From assembly GCA_946965045.2 (NCBI GenBank), contig OX337231.1, positions 372,001 to 436,000 of the forward strand: 64,000 bases of DNA, read 5' to 3'. Below, piece after piece: positions 38,762-49,090 of this stretch. The translations under genes were made by a program, and so were the position numbers. Below the pieces are notes generated by a model. The model had not been told where the DNA came from and did no database searches. It worked only from the letters and a program-made list of their open reading frames with translations. Source of the stretch: Epithemia pelagica (taxonomy: Eukaryota > Protista > Bacillariophyta). How positions within the stretch are numbered: the first letter of the stretch is position 1; each line of letters begins with the position of its first letter.

Positions 38762-41707
38762 CTATAATCCGGCTTCGGCCCGAACGGCCGCGATTGCCGA
38801 AAGGATATCCTCATCCGTTGAACTGGACGGTGCTCGGGCCTTTAATGCATCCGAAAGTGATTTAGCCTTAGCCCGTCCGGTCACATCCTTGAGGAGCGCC
38901 ACCGCATGGATGGACTTATAAGTGTGGAGAGGGCACTTGGCGGTGGCATGGCCAAGACGGTGTTTGCAATGTCCGCATCGCGTATTACTGGAGGGCGAGG
39001 AATTGGTTCCTCCGCTGGCTGATGCTCGTCCGACTCCAAGTCCATCTCCGAGAAGAGTGTTATGCGTTTCAACGCGTTTCCACATGACACGATAAAAGGA
39101 ATTATCGTGCCATTTCTTCTTATATCCGTCTCGTAGAACAATGTAAACCTCTATAACCAGGTCACGGTAGTTCTCAGAACGTTTGCGCGTATCCGCCAAC
39201 TTTGTTCCCCAATATTTGACCATAGTTTGTGCAAAGGACCCCTCCCATTTGCCGTCCGCATAAAGCCGACTGGCCTGGATAATCTCCTCGAGGAGAGATT
39301 TATAATGGGAGATGCTCCGCAGGATCAGACGTGGGGCCCCACCGGAGTCAACGTTTTGTCCAATAGTCTCTGGGCCGTAGCCCCGGATCATCATGAAAGA
39401 CTTTAACTGTTTAGTCTGAGTCTTCCAGTCGTCCTCCGCGGCCTTGCTCACTCTCTCAGTCAAGTTCTCCAGATCCTCGATAGACTTGACGCTTAGTAAC
39501 GGCGTGTTCCTGGCGGCCTTATATAGTAGAGCTCGACCGGTTCTCGCTCCCCCAGTGCTCACTTGAGATAGAGCGATGGCCGTTATCTCCATCGTTTTCT
39601 GGAGATCGTCCCTTCGATTGCCGTCCCAGCCCTGATCTGTGCTACTGCCGGGTAAAGCCGCCACATCCATGCAACGCTCGTACAAACTAAGTGTGTCCTT
39701 ACCTTGTGCTAACCCATCCGGCACGAGTGGTGCCCTGTCGATTGCTCCCTGATCGATCACGCTGAGACCAAAAATCCTTGTGTCGTCGCCCGCATTGGGA
39801 TCCGTCCCAATCATAAACAATGGAGGTGGTTGTGACCGATGCACAGGCATCGTTCCACCCCCCAGTGACGGAGATCCAATTCCTGTTCCGACGGGCGGGC
39901 CTCCAAGATTACCCGCAGGAGGGCCCGTAATGGTCTGCGTATACTGGGAACTACCCCCAACGATCGGAGATGGCGTCGTCGGGGAACTGGGAGCGGGCTG
40001 GGTTGCCCACTGGATGGCTCTGTCACGTGTGGGGAGACGTTGTTTCCACTCATAGCCCTGACCGATATAACGCTCGACGGCTGCGAATCCTTGTGCCTCC
40101 GGCACACACACCCGATGCCATGGCTGGTTTCGTTGAAGACCGATATACCAGTCGGGCACAGGTACCGGTGGGGCGGCGGGGGGACCAGCATTGGTCTGTT
40201 GGATTCCTCCAATAACACCATCCACCGAGGTGGTATAATTCGTACCAGCCGTCGGGGTGAGATTTGTTGGTGTTGTTGACCTTGCCGTCCGGGCCCGGCG
40301 ACGATCCTGGTACAACTGCATCTGGGTCTGAAACCACTGCGATGCCGAGGGGTTGTACCCCAGAAAATGGCGTCGTATACTCCAGCCCCCCTCATCGAGA
40401 AGACGTCGAACGTTGTCTGCTTGAGTTTCTAACCGCGGATAATCCTCCTGGTTCACCAACCCTAGGACCAAGTTCTGTCCACGTTGGGCCAGACGAGGAT
40501 CTTCCTCACCCGCGGCGGTGGCTTCCTCCACTCGTACGGTAACGCCTTCCTGGTGGATTCGCATCTGGATACGATACCACGCCATGGCTGCATCCCAATC
40601 CTCACCGAAATATTCCTGGATAGTCCACCCTCCTTCCTCGGCTAAAAGCCGTTGGAGATCCTCCTGATTATCCTCTAGACGAGGAAAATTATCCTGATTA
40701 GTCAGCCCCACAATGGAGGTAGCCGCGTCTTGCAACTCGGGCCGTCCCAACGGAGGATTTCTTGGGGGAGGATTACCCGTCGGTCCACGTCGGCTATTAC
40801 GTCCTGTATCTTCAGTATTTCTCACAGGGTTGTGGCTCTCATTACGCCGGGTATACTCGTTGCGACCATCTGTCGTGGTGGTTCGCATTCCTTGGGCATT
40901 TTGCGTTGGTTCCTGACCTTGTCCTTGGGTTGTAGCCGTGGGTCGTGCATGAGGCTCGTTTCCCGCTCCCAAGTACGTCGGGTCTCTAGCCTCTACTTCT
41001 TGGTCCAGGCCATCGTGGTCAAGTCGCCGTTCCGCAGCGAAACCTTCACCAGCCGCTTCCAGATCCATCTGTTCCGCCAGGCGTAGCTCACCGTATTCAT
41101 CTTGTGAATAGGAACGCAGATCCTTTCGGCCGTGAACTATACCGCCTCTGGTGGGCACCCCCATATAATAAGCAGAAGTACCTCTCGCCTGGACATTGGC
41201 TTGTTTCTGGCGGTGTCCTCGAAGATTACACTGGGTAGCCCAGTGTCCACAGTAAGCCATGACTCGGCCACGTTCTTGTCCTGGAAGCTTGCAGGTCATA
41301 GTGACTCTACAACGGTCGTTGCTCAGCCACACCAAAGTGCGTGTAGGAGGAGCCTCGTCCACCGGTATACTGCCTTGAGAACTTTGGTCCCCCTCCTGAG
41401 ATGCTTCATCATCCAAAGGGCCCCGATCAGTACGCTGTTGCCCTTCTTCTTCGTCGTCGTCGGCGGTGTAGTATCCTACCCCGGGACGTTGCTCTCGTTC
41501 TTCGCGTCGCAACTCCGTCTCTCGGTTTGCTTCGGTCGGGCCAAATTGGACCCGCTGTCGCGTTCCTCCTCCAGCCTTGTTTCCCTGTCCACCAGGGGTA
41601 CGATGCGGAGTTCGCATTTCTTCAACTGTCGTGCCCAGGGATTCACCCCCTGGGCTTTGACACTCGCTGGTCAAACCGGAAGATAAAGGACCGGAGTACA
41701 TCGTCAT
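38762..41707 (-). CDS. Gag-like ORF (981 aa)
   Basis: First ORF of the element; N-terminal C..C...CGH...C...H motif, three internal related modules, C-terminal CGHCKHRLGHATAKC knuckle. Confidence 0.8.
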   Translation of the reverse strand: MTMYSGPLSSGLTSECQSPGGESLGTTVEEMRTPHRTPGGQGNKAGGGTRQRVQFGPTEANRETELRREEREQRPGVGYYTADDDEEEGQQRTDRGPLDDEASQEGDQSSQGSIPVDEAPPTRTLVWLSNDRCRVTMTCKLPGQERGRVMAYCGHWATQCNLRGHRQKQANVQARGTSAYYMGVPTRGGIVHGRKDLRSYSQDEYGELRLAEQMDLEAAGEGFAAERRLDHDGLDQEVEARDPTYLGAGNEPHARPTATTQGQGQEPTQNAQGMRTTTTDGRNEYTRRNESHNPVRNTEDTGRNSRRGPTGNPPPRNPPLGRPELQDAATSIVGLTNQDNFPRLEDNQEDLQRLLAEEGGWTIQEYFGEDWDAAMAWYRIQMRIHQEGVTVRVEEATAAGEEDPRLAQRGQNLVLGLVNQEDYPRLETQADNVRRLLDEGGWSIRRHFLGYNPSASQWFQTQMQLYQDRRRARTARSTTPTNLTPTAGTNYTTSVDGVIGGIQQTNAGPPAAPPVPVPDWYIGLQRNQPWHRVCVPEAQGFAAVERYIGQGYEWKQRLPTRDRAIQWATQPAPSSPTTPSPIVGGSSQYTQTITGPPAGNLGGPPVGTGIGSPSLGGGTMPVHRSQPPPLFMIGTDPNAGDDTRIFGLSVIDQGAIDRAPLVPDGLAQGKDTLSLYERCMDVAALPGSSTDQGWDGNRRDDLQKTMEITAIALSQVSTGGARTGRALLYKAARNTPLLSVKSIEDLENLTERVSKAAEDDWKTQTKQLKSFMMIRGYGPETIGQNVDSGGAPRLILRSISHYKSLLEEIIQASRLYADGKWEGSFAQTMVKYWGTKLADTRKRSENYRDLVIEVYIVLRDGYKKKWHDNSFYRVMWKRVETHNTLLGDGLGVGRASASGGTNSSPSSNTRCGHCKHRLGHATAKCPLHTYKSIHAVALLKDVTGRAKAKSLSDALKARAPSSSTDEDILSAIAAVRAEAGL

Positions 41708-42094
41708 ACGATCAACACCCCCCCAACTGAATCCAAAAGAAAAGAAAAGGAATCGTAAGGTGTTGTCGTTGTTGCTCCGTCTTCGTGAGCCACGATTGTC
41801 CTAGAGAACAATCTCTGCAGCTTTATGAGCGTACAGTGTTCGCTTCCTTGATGATCCCTCATCCGCGACCTGACTCGACTAAACCTTCCAATTTGGGGAA
41901 GCGGGCAGATGTCGTTTGATGTTGTTTGATGTCGTTTGATGTCGTTTCGGGCTCGCGCGCAAACATGGTTTGCCTCAAAATCCAGCGGTTTTCATTCAGT
42001 TGATGGGTCAACCGTCAATGATTGACTCGTAACGTTGTGATTTCTCTTAAAGAAATTCAACTGCTGGAGAGTACATATTCTTTTGGCGATAAAA

Positions 42095-42187
42095 ACATCC
42101 GACATCCTCCGACATCCTCCGACATCCTCCAACATCCTCCGACATCCTCCGACATCATCCGACATCCTCCGACATCCTCCGACATCC
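42095..42187. repeat. 10-bp tandem repeat (GACATCCTCC) x8 plus partial units
   Basis: Read directly; two variant units (aacatcctcc, gacatcatcc). Confidence 0.95.
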
Positions 42188-42397
42188 GTGACTCTGGATG
42201 TTTTCCTCATATTGAAATAATCTGTAGCTACCGTAATTTGCGGATTCCTGTCCCCCCTATAGTCCTGTCCCCCCCCCCCCCCCCACCCAGTGATGTACAT
42301 GGATCTCTAACTTTACCAGGAAGTAAGCTACGTTAGGTTTGAATACACTACGTGATTCGTGACATTACGAGCTTTCCATCGGTGTATCACACGTAAC

Positions 42398-42865
42398 ATG
42401 GGGTTTTCTCTGACGGGAGATACCATCAATATTGTGGGCATTGAGGCCTCATCAAATGGCCGATGTTGTGAAGAAAATCCTATTTGTGGTATTGTTCTTC
42501 AACACAACTCCCTTGTTCGAATCAGACTTGTCCAAATAACCATTTGTGGAAAAGAAGAGTCGGCGCTGGCTGTATTCTGGGTGACAGATGGGGTGGATCG
42601 CTGCAGAGTTGGGTTTCTTCCAAGATACTACAAGAAGAATGCCCATCTCTATGATGGAAAGCTGGCTCAAGTCACCGAGTTTTTAAAGGATTCAGAGTTC
42701 CCTTCAGAGAGGGAAAAGAGTTACAGAGGACGTGGTGTTTGTCGTGCTGCTTTAGTGGAAGTTGTGGAGACTCCACCAAGAAAACGTTCACTCAGTTCCG
42801 TATCAAAGGATGATGATGAAGACCAAGACAACAAAAAGAAAAAAAGCATCAGTTCTATAGCCTAA
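42398..42865 (+). CDS. HIRAN-like passenger protein inside the pogo element
   Basis: 155-aa ORF from ATG 42398: INIVGIEASSNGRCCEENPICG...SALAVFWVTDGVDRCRVGFLP...YDGKLAQVTE. The A-x-V...VGFLP pattern resembles HIRAN; basic C-terminal NLS-like stretch. Confidence 0.6.
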   Translation: MGFSLTGDTINIVGIEASSNGRCCEENPICGIVLQHNSLVRIRLVQITICGKEESALAVFWVTDGVDRCRVGFLPRYYKKNAHLYDGKLAQVTEFLKDSEFPSEREKSYRGRGVCRAALVEVVETPPRKRSLSSVSKDDDEDQDNKKKKSISSIA

Positions 42866-44194
42866 TTAATCAATAGAAATACTGTCACTTGACAAACTGA
42901 GTTCTTGCATACTATCTTCCAATTCTTGGATTGTTTCTGTCGGTGTAGATGGAGCAACCTCCCCAGGAAAAAATGAGTATTCTCCATGTCGCCAGGCATG
43001 CCTAATGATATCCCCATCCAATTCCTTTAAAGCCATGTCACACCACTTGGCAATGGTAGGACGACTTGGAGGAGTTGTCTTATCCTGTGCAAGTCCCTCC
43101 TCCAACATGTATTGCTCCCAGGCCGCTCTAATCCGATTTTTGAGCGGCTTGTTGATACCAACATCAACTGGTTGGCAAAGGGAAGTACATCCACCAGGGA
43201 TGTACTCCACTTCAACTCCGAGTTCCTCAATGGCAGTATTCACAGATGACATCAAATGACACTTGTAAGAGTCAAGGAACAACAAGGGGGTAATTCCTTC
43301 TGGGGCTTTCTGCGCCCATGGTTTCACCACCTTCTCTGCCCACTCAAGACAAATACGCTCATCCATCCATGCTTTTGGCTGTGCTGCGTAAAAGCAGTCC
43401 TTGGGATAGTCGTTCTTATCATCTGTAAACTCTCTGTTGATTCTTCCATTGGCTTTACCTTTATAAACCATGTAGGGGGGGAGCATCTCTCCATTTGCAG
43501 TCACAAACACAGCCAGCGTCACCCTCATTGTACTCCCACTGGACGCCCTTACATGTACACTTCTCGACCCCTGTGTTTCAAGTGTAGTGTTAGGAGTCAT
43601 TGAGAAAAACACAGGGGTCTGGTCCATATTCGCAATGAAGTCTTTATGACGACATGGCTGTTGAATCAATGGAAGGACAGACTGGACAAACTGCTTGGCT
43701 TCTTCTTGTTTTTCTCTGGGATGGGTTTGCGCCTCGTGGGTCTTTGATCTGATCACAATACCCTTGGCACGGAGAATGCGTCTGATTATTGCATACTTAG
43801 CTGTAGAGCTCTTGCGACGCAAGTTGTTGTCCATCTGGCATGCCATTATGACAGCCATGTTGGTGGACACTGGCATTCCAGACTCTCTCAACTCCATGAT
43901 CTTGTCCACCAGGTCATCTGCCTTCGGAAAGGTTGTCTTCCGGCCAAAGTGGACAGAGAACTTCGACTTCTTGGAATCGTGGCAAGCCTGTAGGAGCGTT
44001 GGCATTTGCTTCATCCATCGTCTCAACTGAGAGGGATCCACATCTTCATCTCTTGCCAGCTTTTTTAAAGAAAAGTTGGCATCCAATCTACGACCTCTCC
44101 TCAGTTTGTTGCAGATCTCCACCTTCCTTTTGTTGGGAATGAAAACCCGACATCGCTTTGGGACGTTGATGTGGTCTTCATCCGCAGCGTCCAT
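42866..44194 (-). CDS. pogo-family DD35D transposase
   Basis: HTH/CENP-B-like N-terminus; NMDQTP, FLDSYKCH, 35 residues, QPVDVGINKPLK. Intact ORF from ATG 44194. Confidence 0.95.
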   Translation of the reverse strand: MDAADEDHINVPKRCRVFIPNKRKVEICNKLRRGRRLDANFSLKKLARDEDVDPSQLRRWMKQMPTLLQACHDSKKSKFSVHFGRKTTFPKADDLVDKIMELRESGMPVSTNMAVIMACQMDNNLRRKSSTAKYAIIRRILRAKGIVIRSKTHEAQTHPREKQEEAKQFVQSVLPLIQQPCRHKDFIANMDQTPVFFSMTPNTTLETQGSRSVHVRASSGSTMRVTLAVFVTANGEMLPPYMVYKGKANGRINREFTDDKNDYPKDCFYAAQPKAWMDERICLEWAEKVVKPWAQKAPEGITPLLFLDSYKCHLMSSVNTAIEELGVEVEYIPGGCTSLCQPVDVGINKPLKNRIRAAWEQYMLEEGLAQDKTTPPSRPTIAKWCDMALKELDGDIIRHAWRHGEYSFFPGEVAPSTPTETIQELEDSMQELSLSSDSISID

Positions 44195-44557
44195 GGTCAA
44201 AAGCTCTTACACGCAGTGATGAGCGGACCTCCCACCACCGAATCAAAAAAAGCGCGAAAAAACACTGTCTTGTAAATAGTACTACGATATGGAATCTTAT
44301 GGAATCTTAAAAAAAATTTACGAAAAATTTACGTAGTCCTGTCCCCCCCCCTCAGATTTTTTGAACATTCCGGGGGGACAGGAATCCGCAAATTACGGTA
44401 GTATGATCATATCAGAGGTATTACTGTGTGATACTGAAGAAAGGAAACATCGTGACGATACTCTGAGTAGTAGAAGGATTACCTACGTTTTGATTTTGAG
44501 TCCATTACCGGAAGTTGCTGTAAAAATAAAAAAAAGCGTAAAGTGAATCAACTGTGT

Positions 44558-45682
44558 ATGACCATGACACTACAAGAACAAGCAAGTCAGTCGGGCCTTG
44601 TCCTTTTGAACAACTCAGCAGAATGGAATGAAAACGACTGGCCTCCCCTCAAGGGAGGATCGCGTTACGATCATGCTTCGGTCGTACTCGATCATACGGT
44701 CGTCGTGTTGGGTGGATATCAACAAGGTCAAGGCGTTCTCAACTCCGTTTTTCTCCTAAATTTAGCAGAACCAAGCAAGCAGTGGCGAGAAGGACCACCC
44801 TTGATCAAGAAACGTGACGAACATTCCGCTGTTGTGTGCAACGGAGGCATCTACGTTATGGGAGGACGCAATCTGTTGAATTGTATCGAACGGATTGACG
44901 TTCATGATTTGCTGCAATCATCTTTAACAACCAGCACCAAGCATGCGAGCAGTTGGAAGACATTGAATTGTCGGTTATCAACAGAACGAAGACGATGTTG
45001 TGCTGTTGCGGTGGAAAATCGATATATTGTGGTAATGGGTGGACGCAAGAGCAAGAGGGGGCAAGACTTATCGTCAGTGGATATTATGGATACCCGCAAC
45101 CACACTGTCAATGCGGGACCATGCATGAAGGTTCCTCGGTGTGACTGTGCCGGTACGGTCATTGGTCACCGCATCTTTGTCGTTGGTGGTGGTAACATTG
45201 ATGACGGACTACTTGACTCGGTGGAGTATTTGGAATTCGCATCGGCTTGTGACAATCAGGAGACAAAGGCAGAGACAGTTGCTAAAGTCATTTCCTCCTG
45301 GTCCACTTGGACCACTCATTCTTATTTGAGGCTTTCGGACCCAGGACGTGTTTGTGCAGTGGGTGTGGGATCCTGTCTGGTGGTGGCGGGAGGACGATAC
45401 GACGGAACCGTGGAAATCTTGGATACGAACCGAAACTGCGTGTGGAATCTTCCACCATTCAGAAATGACCGTGAAGGCTGTAGTATGGTCACTGTTGCCA
45501 ATCAAGTTGCCGTGATTGGTGGATGGGGCAATTCTTCCTGTGCGACATTACCACTCATGGACAAGAATTCGTGGTGTTTTCGTCGACTCTGCGAGCCTCA
45601 GCCCAATGGATGGTATCATTCTCTGGAAGGAATGGGTAACCGAGATACTGATATTTCATCCTTCTCCACCGCGGCAACATGA
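44558..45682 (+). CDS. Kelch-repeat protein (copy 1)
   Basis: Repeated VVLGG, IYVMGG, IVVMGG, IFVVGG, VVAGG and AVIGG kelch blades. Confidence 0.92.
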   Translation: MTMTLQEQASQSGLVLLNNSAEWNENDWPPLKGGSRYDHASVVLDHTVVVLGGYQQGQGVLNSVFLLNLAEPSKQWREGPPLIKKRDEHSAVVCNGGIYVMGGRNLLNCIERIDVHDLLQSSLTTSTKHASSWKTLNCRLSTERRRCCAVAVENRYIVVMGGRKSKRGQDLSSVDIMDTRNHTVNAGPCMKVPRCDCAGTVIGHRIFVVGGGNIDDGLLDSVEYLEFASACDNQETKAETVAKVISSWSTWTTHSYLRLSDPGRVCAVGVGSCLVVAGGRYDGTVEILDTNRNCVWNLPPFRNDREGCSMVTVANQVAVIGGWGNSSCATLPLMDKNSWCFRRLCEPQPNGWYHSLEGMGNRDTDISSFSTAAT

Positions 45683-46198
45683 CAATCTGAATTTGCGACA
45701 GCGAATACGGGACATGGTGATTAAAGGGAAGGATGAAACTTGAAATGGGCAACACGTTGCATGTATGTCATACATTGGTAAAACTATAGGATAATCACTT
45801 TGAGTCTTGTTTTCTGCATGCGGTGCAACAGCACGACGAGATTTCTCAGGTCTTGTTCTGTTGTTCCTGGTGCACTGGTCGGTCGAAGCTGGTAACCTTT
45901 CCTTCTGGATCATCCTCTTTCTACAATCGGTGGTGTATAGTTGCCGTGTGGGTCATGTCTCCAATCATTCATTCTACTACTGCTCTCCGGTCTAACGGCA
46001 AGGTCACCATGATGTTCCTTCCTGTTCCTTCCACCAACATGTGCGTTCACACCCATGAATGGCGGTTGTCATATTCTTCTCCTCTATGTGTGTGTATGTG
46101 TGTGTGGATCGCAATACTACCTACTATGATATAAGAATGGATTCGACCTAGTGTAGAGTGAGAGACTCGGTTGGAACGTGTGTTCACGCCAACGACAT

Positions 46199-47332
46199 TC
46201 ACAGACGAAACTCTCGTACGCTATTATTGTCGTTGCCGTTCTCTTGTTTAAAAAATTGTTTCATTTCTCCCAACAATTCCTGCATATCGGGATCATCCTT
46301 GTACTTGTTGAGGCCTTCTTGTGGATTGCGCATGCAGTCTTGTAACATGGCACGCACTTTTGGATTGTTTTGCGCCTTCATCATGATTTGCATGACTTTG
46401 GGATTTTTGGCCATTTCCGCCGCCTTTTGTTGGGCTTGTTCACCGCCCGGAAACCCACCCGCAAAGGGATTGGGCCCCACAGCATTAGGGCCGCCACCAC
46501 CACCAGGGCTACTGCTACCCATGTTGCCAAACATGTTGCCAAAGCCACCCATTCCGGGGATGCCACCTGGAAAGGGATTGGGACCTCCAAATCCCGGTTG
46601 TTGTTGTTGTTTGGGTTGTTGGGTGGTTGTTTTGGACGTGCGCGGACCGGAATCTTGATCGGTCAAGACTTCGACATTGTCGTATTTGTGAACCACTTCG
46701 TCTTCGTCTTTTTGCTTTTTGGTCACGCCATTGACGCGGGCCTCGGCCAAGGCTTGGACCAATTCCGACTTTTCAAACAAGGCTGCGGTGGAAACACCTC
46801 GTTCCTGTAATTCTTGTTTTAATTCGGCCGCCTTGAGTCCTTGACAATTGGCAATTTCTTGTTGCAATCGTTCCTGTCGAGACTCGGCCGATTCCTCCTC
46901 GGATTCTTTGGCAGTTGTTGTGGTTGTGGTGGTGGAATCGTTGTCGTTGGCTGTCAAGCCGTCGGCTCGAGCTTGTGTCAAGGCTTGGACCAATTCGGAC
47001 TTTTCGAAATACTTTTTGGTATCCAATCCATAGGATTCCAATTCTCGTTTGATTTCACCGGCTCGCATCGTTTCAATTTCGGGCAATGTCGTTGTTGGTT
47101 CCCTTGTACTCCACAAGCGTATCTGTACCATTCCGGTCGAACGCAACGAAGGATGACTAGGACGACTGTAGGACGGTCGTGGTGCCACCACGGAAGAAAA
47201 GGCTCGCACCGAACGACTCGGCGACGACGCCAAGAGCGATGTCACCACCATGGTGACAATGGTTCGAAACGGTGATGATGATGAAGAAGAAGAAACCCCT
47301 GACTTGGCAATCGACATACTGAGTGGACACAT
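46199..47332 (-). CDS. Organelle-targeted protein with two SAP/HeH-like motifs and C-terminal STI1 (Hop DP) domain
   Basis: Ser-rich presequence ending RSVRAF; ELKxELxxxGxxxxxxFEKSELVQALxxAR x2; GGMGGFG linker; NPKVMQIMMKAQNNPKVRAMLQDCMRNP...DDPDMQELL. Confidence 0.8.
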   Translation of the reverse strand: MCPLSMSIAKSGVSSSSSSSPFRTIVTMVVTSLLASSPSRSVRAFSSVVAPRPSYSRPSHPSLRSTGMVQIRLWSTREPTTTLPEIETMRAGEIKRELESYGLDTKKYFEKSELVQALTQARADGLTANDNDSTTTTTTTAKESEEESAESRQERLQQEIANCQGLKAAELKQELQERGVSTAALFEKSELVQALAEARVNGVTKKQKDEDEVVHKYDNVEVLTDQDSGPRTSKTTTQQPKQQQQPGFGGPNPFPGGIPGMGGFGNMFGNMGSSSPGGGGGPNAVGPNPFAGGFPGGEQAQQKAAEMAKNPKVMQIMMKAQNNPKVRAMLQDCMRNPQEGLNKYKDDPDMQELLGEMKQFFKQENGNDNNSVREFRL

Positions 47333-47982
47333 GGTTGATTTGTGTGTCCTTCTGCTTTGTTTGTTTGTGTCGTCGTTGCTGTTGAGTTGTCCGTATCTCT
47401 CGTGGCTCAAATGGACGATCATCGATCGACACATTTCTTGATTCTCATTTTTCTTTGCACAATGGAGATACCAACATGCAGCATACTAATCGGGACCATT
47501 ACGTGTGTATCTATACCTCTCTCGAGAGAGAAGTATTAGTAGTAGTAACATGGAACTCACGAGTTTTCACCGTGTACGGTAAACGACGCACGTGAGATGC
47601 ACTACCTGGACTAGTAGCGTCCGAATTCCGGAAGGTCGACCAATCGTCAGGTCGCTGTTTCCTCGAGAACCTTTAGGTAGAACACGTGGGTGCACCACTC
47701 CAGAAAAGCTACTAGAGGACAAGATTGATGATACTCTGTCCCACAATACAGCACACGAATGGTTCGGTGGACTTTGTGGAGTGAGACGATCCGACGACGA
47801 AAAAACCAAGGCGAAAAGTCACGCAGCGGCGAATGGCATGACTCTTTTACGCGACTGGGTTAATTCTTGTCATTCGCCCATTTCCCATCCCAATTCCCAA
47901 TTCCCAATAGCCATCTCCCCCGTTACAAATCTTCGAGAGAGGTGAAAACCCAAATCTTCTGTTGGACAAAGTGAAGAGAGCC

Positions 47983-48677
47983 ATGGACTTGCTTGCTTTG
48001 ATCCACCGCTTCTTTCTTCTCCTTTGCTTTCTATTTGTGCATTCGACCTTGTAAGTTTCATGGAGGGGTGGTGCTGCTTAAGTGTTCTCAATGCATTCTT
48101 CAATGCTGGTAGACTGGTCTTTTCTCACCTTCGCACTGTGTCCACACAAACAACAGGGGTGCCGAGTTGTCGACAGGAGAGGATGTGAACGTATTTGTCG
48201 ATAGTAACATCAACGCACATGATGTCATGGTGTTTGCAAAAAGTTATTGTCCGGTACGTCTCCTCTTGATTCCTTAAAGAGCTACATACTAATAGTATGG
48301 CATGAAGCCACCATTTCGGTTGTTCTCACTTGCGTATATCGTCGACATGATGATGTGCTTTCCAGTCATGCCAGAGAACGCGCCGCCTGCTAGAAACGGT
48401 CCATCAAGAAATGGAAAACAGCTGGACCTTGAAAATCATTGACCTGGACCGTTTGGAAACGGATGGACCTACCATTCAAACAGCCCTGGCCGAAAAGACG
48501 GGTCAACGAACCGTTCCAAATGTGTTTATTGGCGGAACACATGTGGGGGGATACCCGGACTTGCAAGAACTGAATGAAAATGGAGAATTGATTCCCTGGT
48601 TGGAAAAGATTCCTTCGGAGAAAATTGCGTTGCAGTGGAGTCGATTGAGGTGGTCATTTCCAACGGCATGGCAGTGA
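47983..48677 (+). CDS. Glutaredoxin with signal peptide, CPSC active site (3 exons)
   Basis: Exons 47983-48050, 48157-48253, 48366-48677; VMVFAKSYCP|SC, GQRTVPNVFIGGTHVGG. Confidence 0.88.
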
Positions 48678-49044
48678 AATATGGTGGGGTCAACTACCTT
48701 GTATCCAATCACAGAGGCACTCCATCGGCGCATTTGCTCACGATCTATAAAGAAATATCGTTCATTTTCTTTTTCGTATGTAAATCTCCCGTCGTTTGGA
48801 TGTTCTTTGCTTCATGGAAACATCTGAAAGCGGAACTGGTCGTATTTGCCGCTCCATTCTTAGATTTCCATGTTCAGTTTTCAATACTTTCCTTGCACTC
48901 TGTATTCTCAGTTTCCTAGCGCACATGATGGAACATGGGGGTAGCAACGGGATGCACCATTCGAATGAACCATCACGGCTGTGTCTACCTATAGAGACGT
49001 CTGGTACCATGGAACTCGCGAGTTTTCACAGGGTATGGAAGCCA

Positions 49045-49047
<3 letters not shown>

Positions 49048-49087
<40 letters not shown>
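49048..49087. repeat. (GA)20 microsatellite
   Basis: Perfect dinucleotide run. Confidence 0.95.

Positions 49088-49090
<3 letters not shown>

Larger units (their letters stand above)
33564..41908 (-). mobile_element. Tyrosine-recombinase (DIRS-order) retrotransposon, apparently intact
   Basis: gag - pol(RT/RH) - YR ORFs on one strand, YR overlapping the 3' end of pol; flanked by direct ATGTCGTTTG (33554-33563, 41909-41918). Confidence 0.9.
42231..44398 (-). mobile_element. pogo/Tigger-type DNA transposon (2168 bp) with passenger gene
   Basis: Perfect 27-bp TIRs CCGTAATTTGCGGATTCCTGTCCCCCC (42231-42257, 44372-44398); TA target duplication at 42229-42230 and 44399-44400; subterminal TAGTCCTGTCCCCCCC direct repeats. 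Confidence 0.95.
33371..44518. mobile_element. Putative non-autonomous host element (about 650 bp once nested elements are removed) with 14-bp inverted repeats and ATGTCG arrays
   Basis: GCAACTTCCGGTAA at 33371-33384 and its reverse complement at 44505-44518. ATGTCG-core arrays at 33517-33563 and 41909-41947, inverted CGACAT array at 42095-42187. The region is absent from the duplicate at 58020-58050. Confidence 0.5.
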
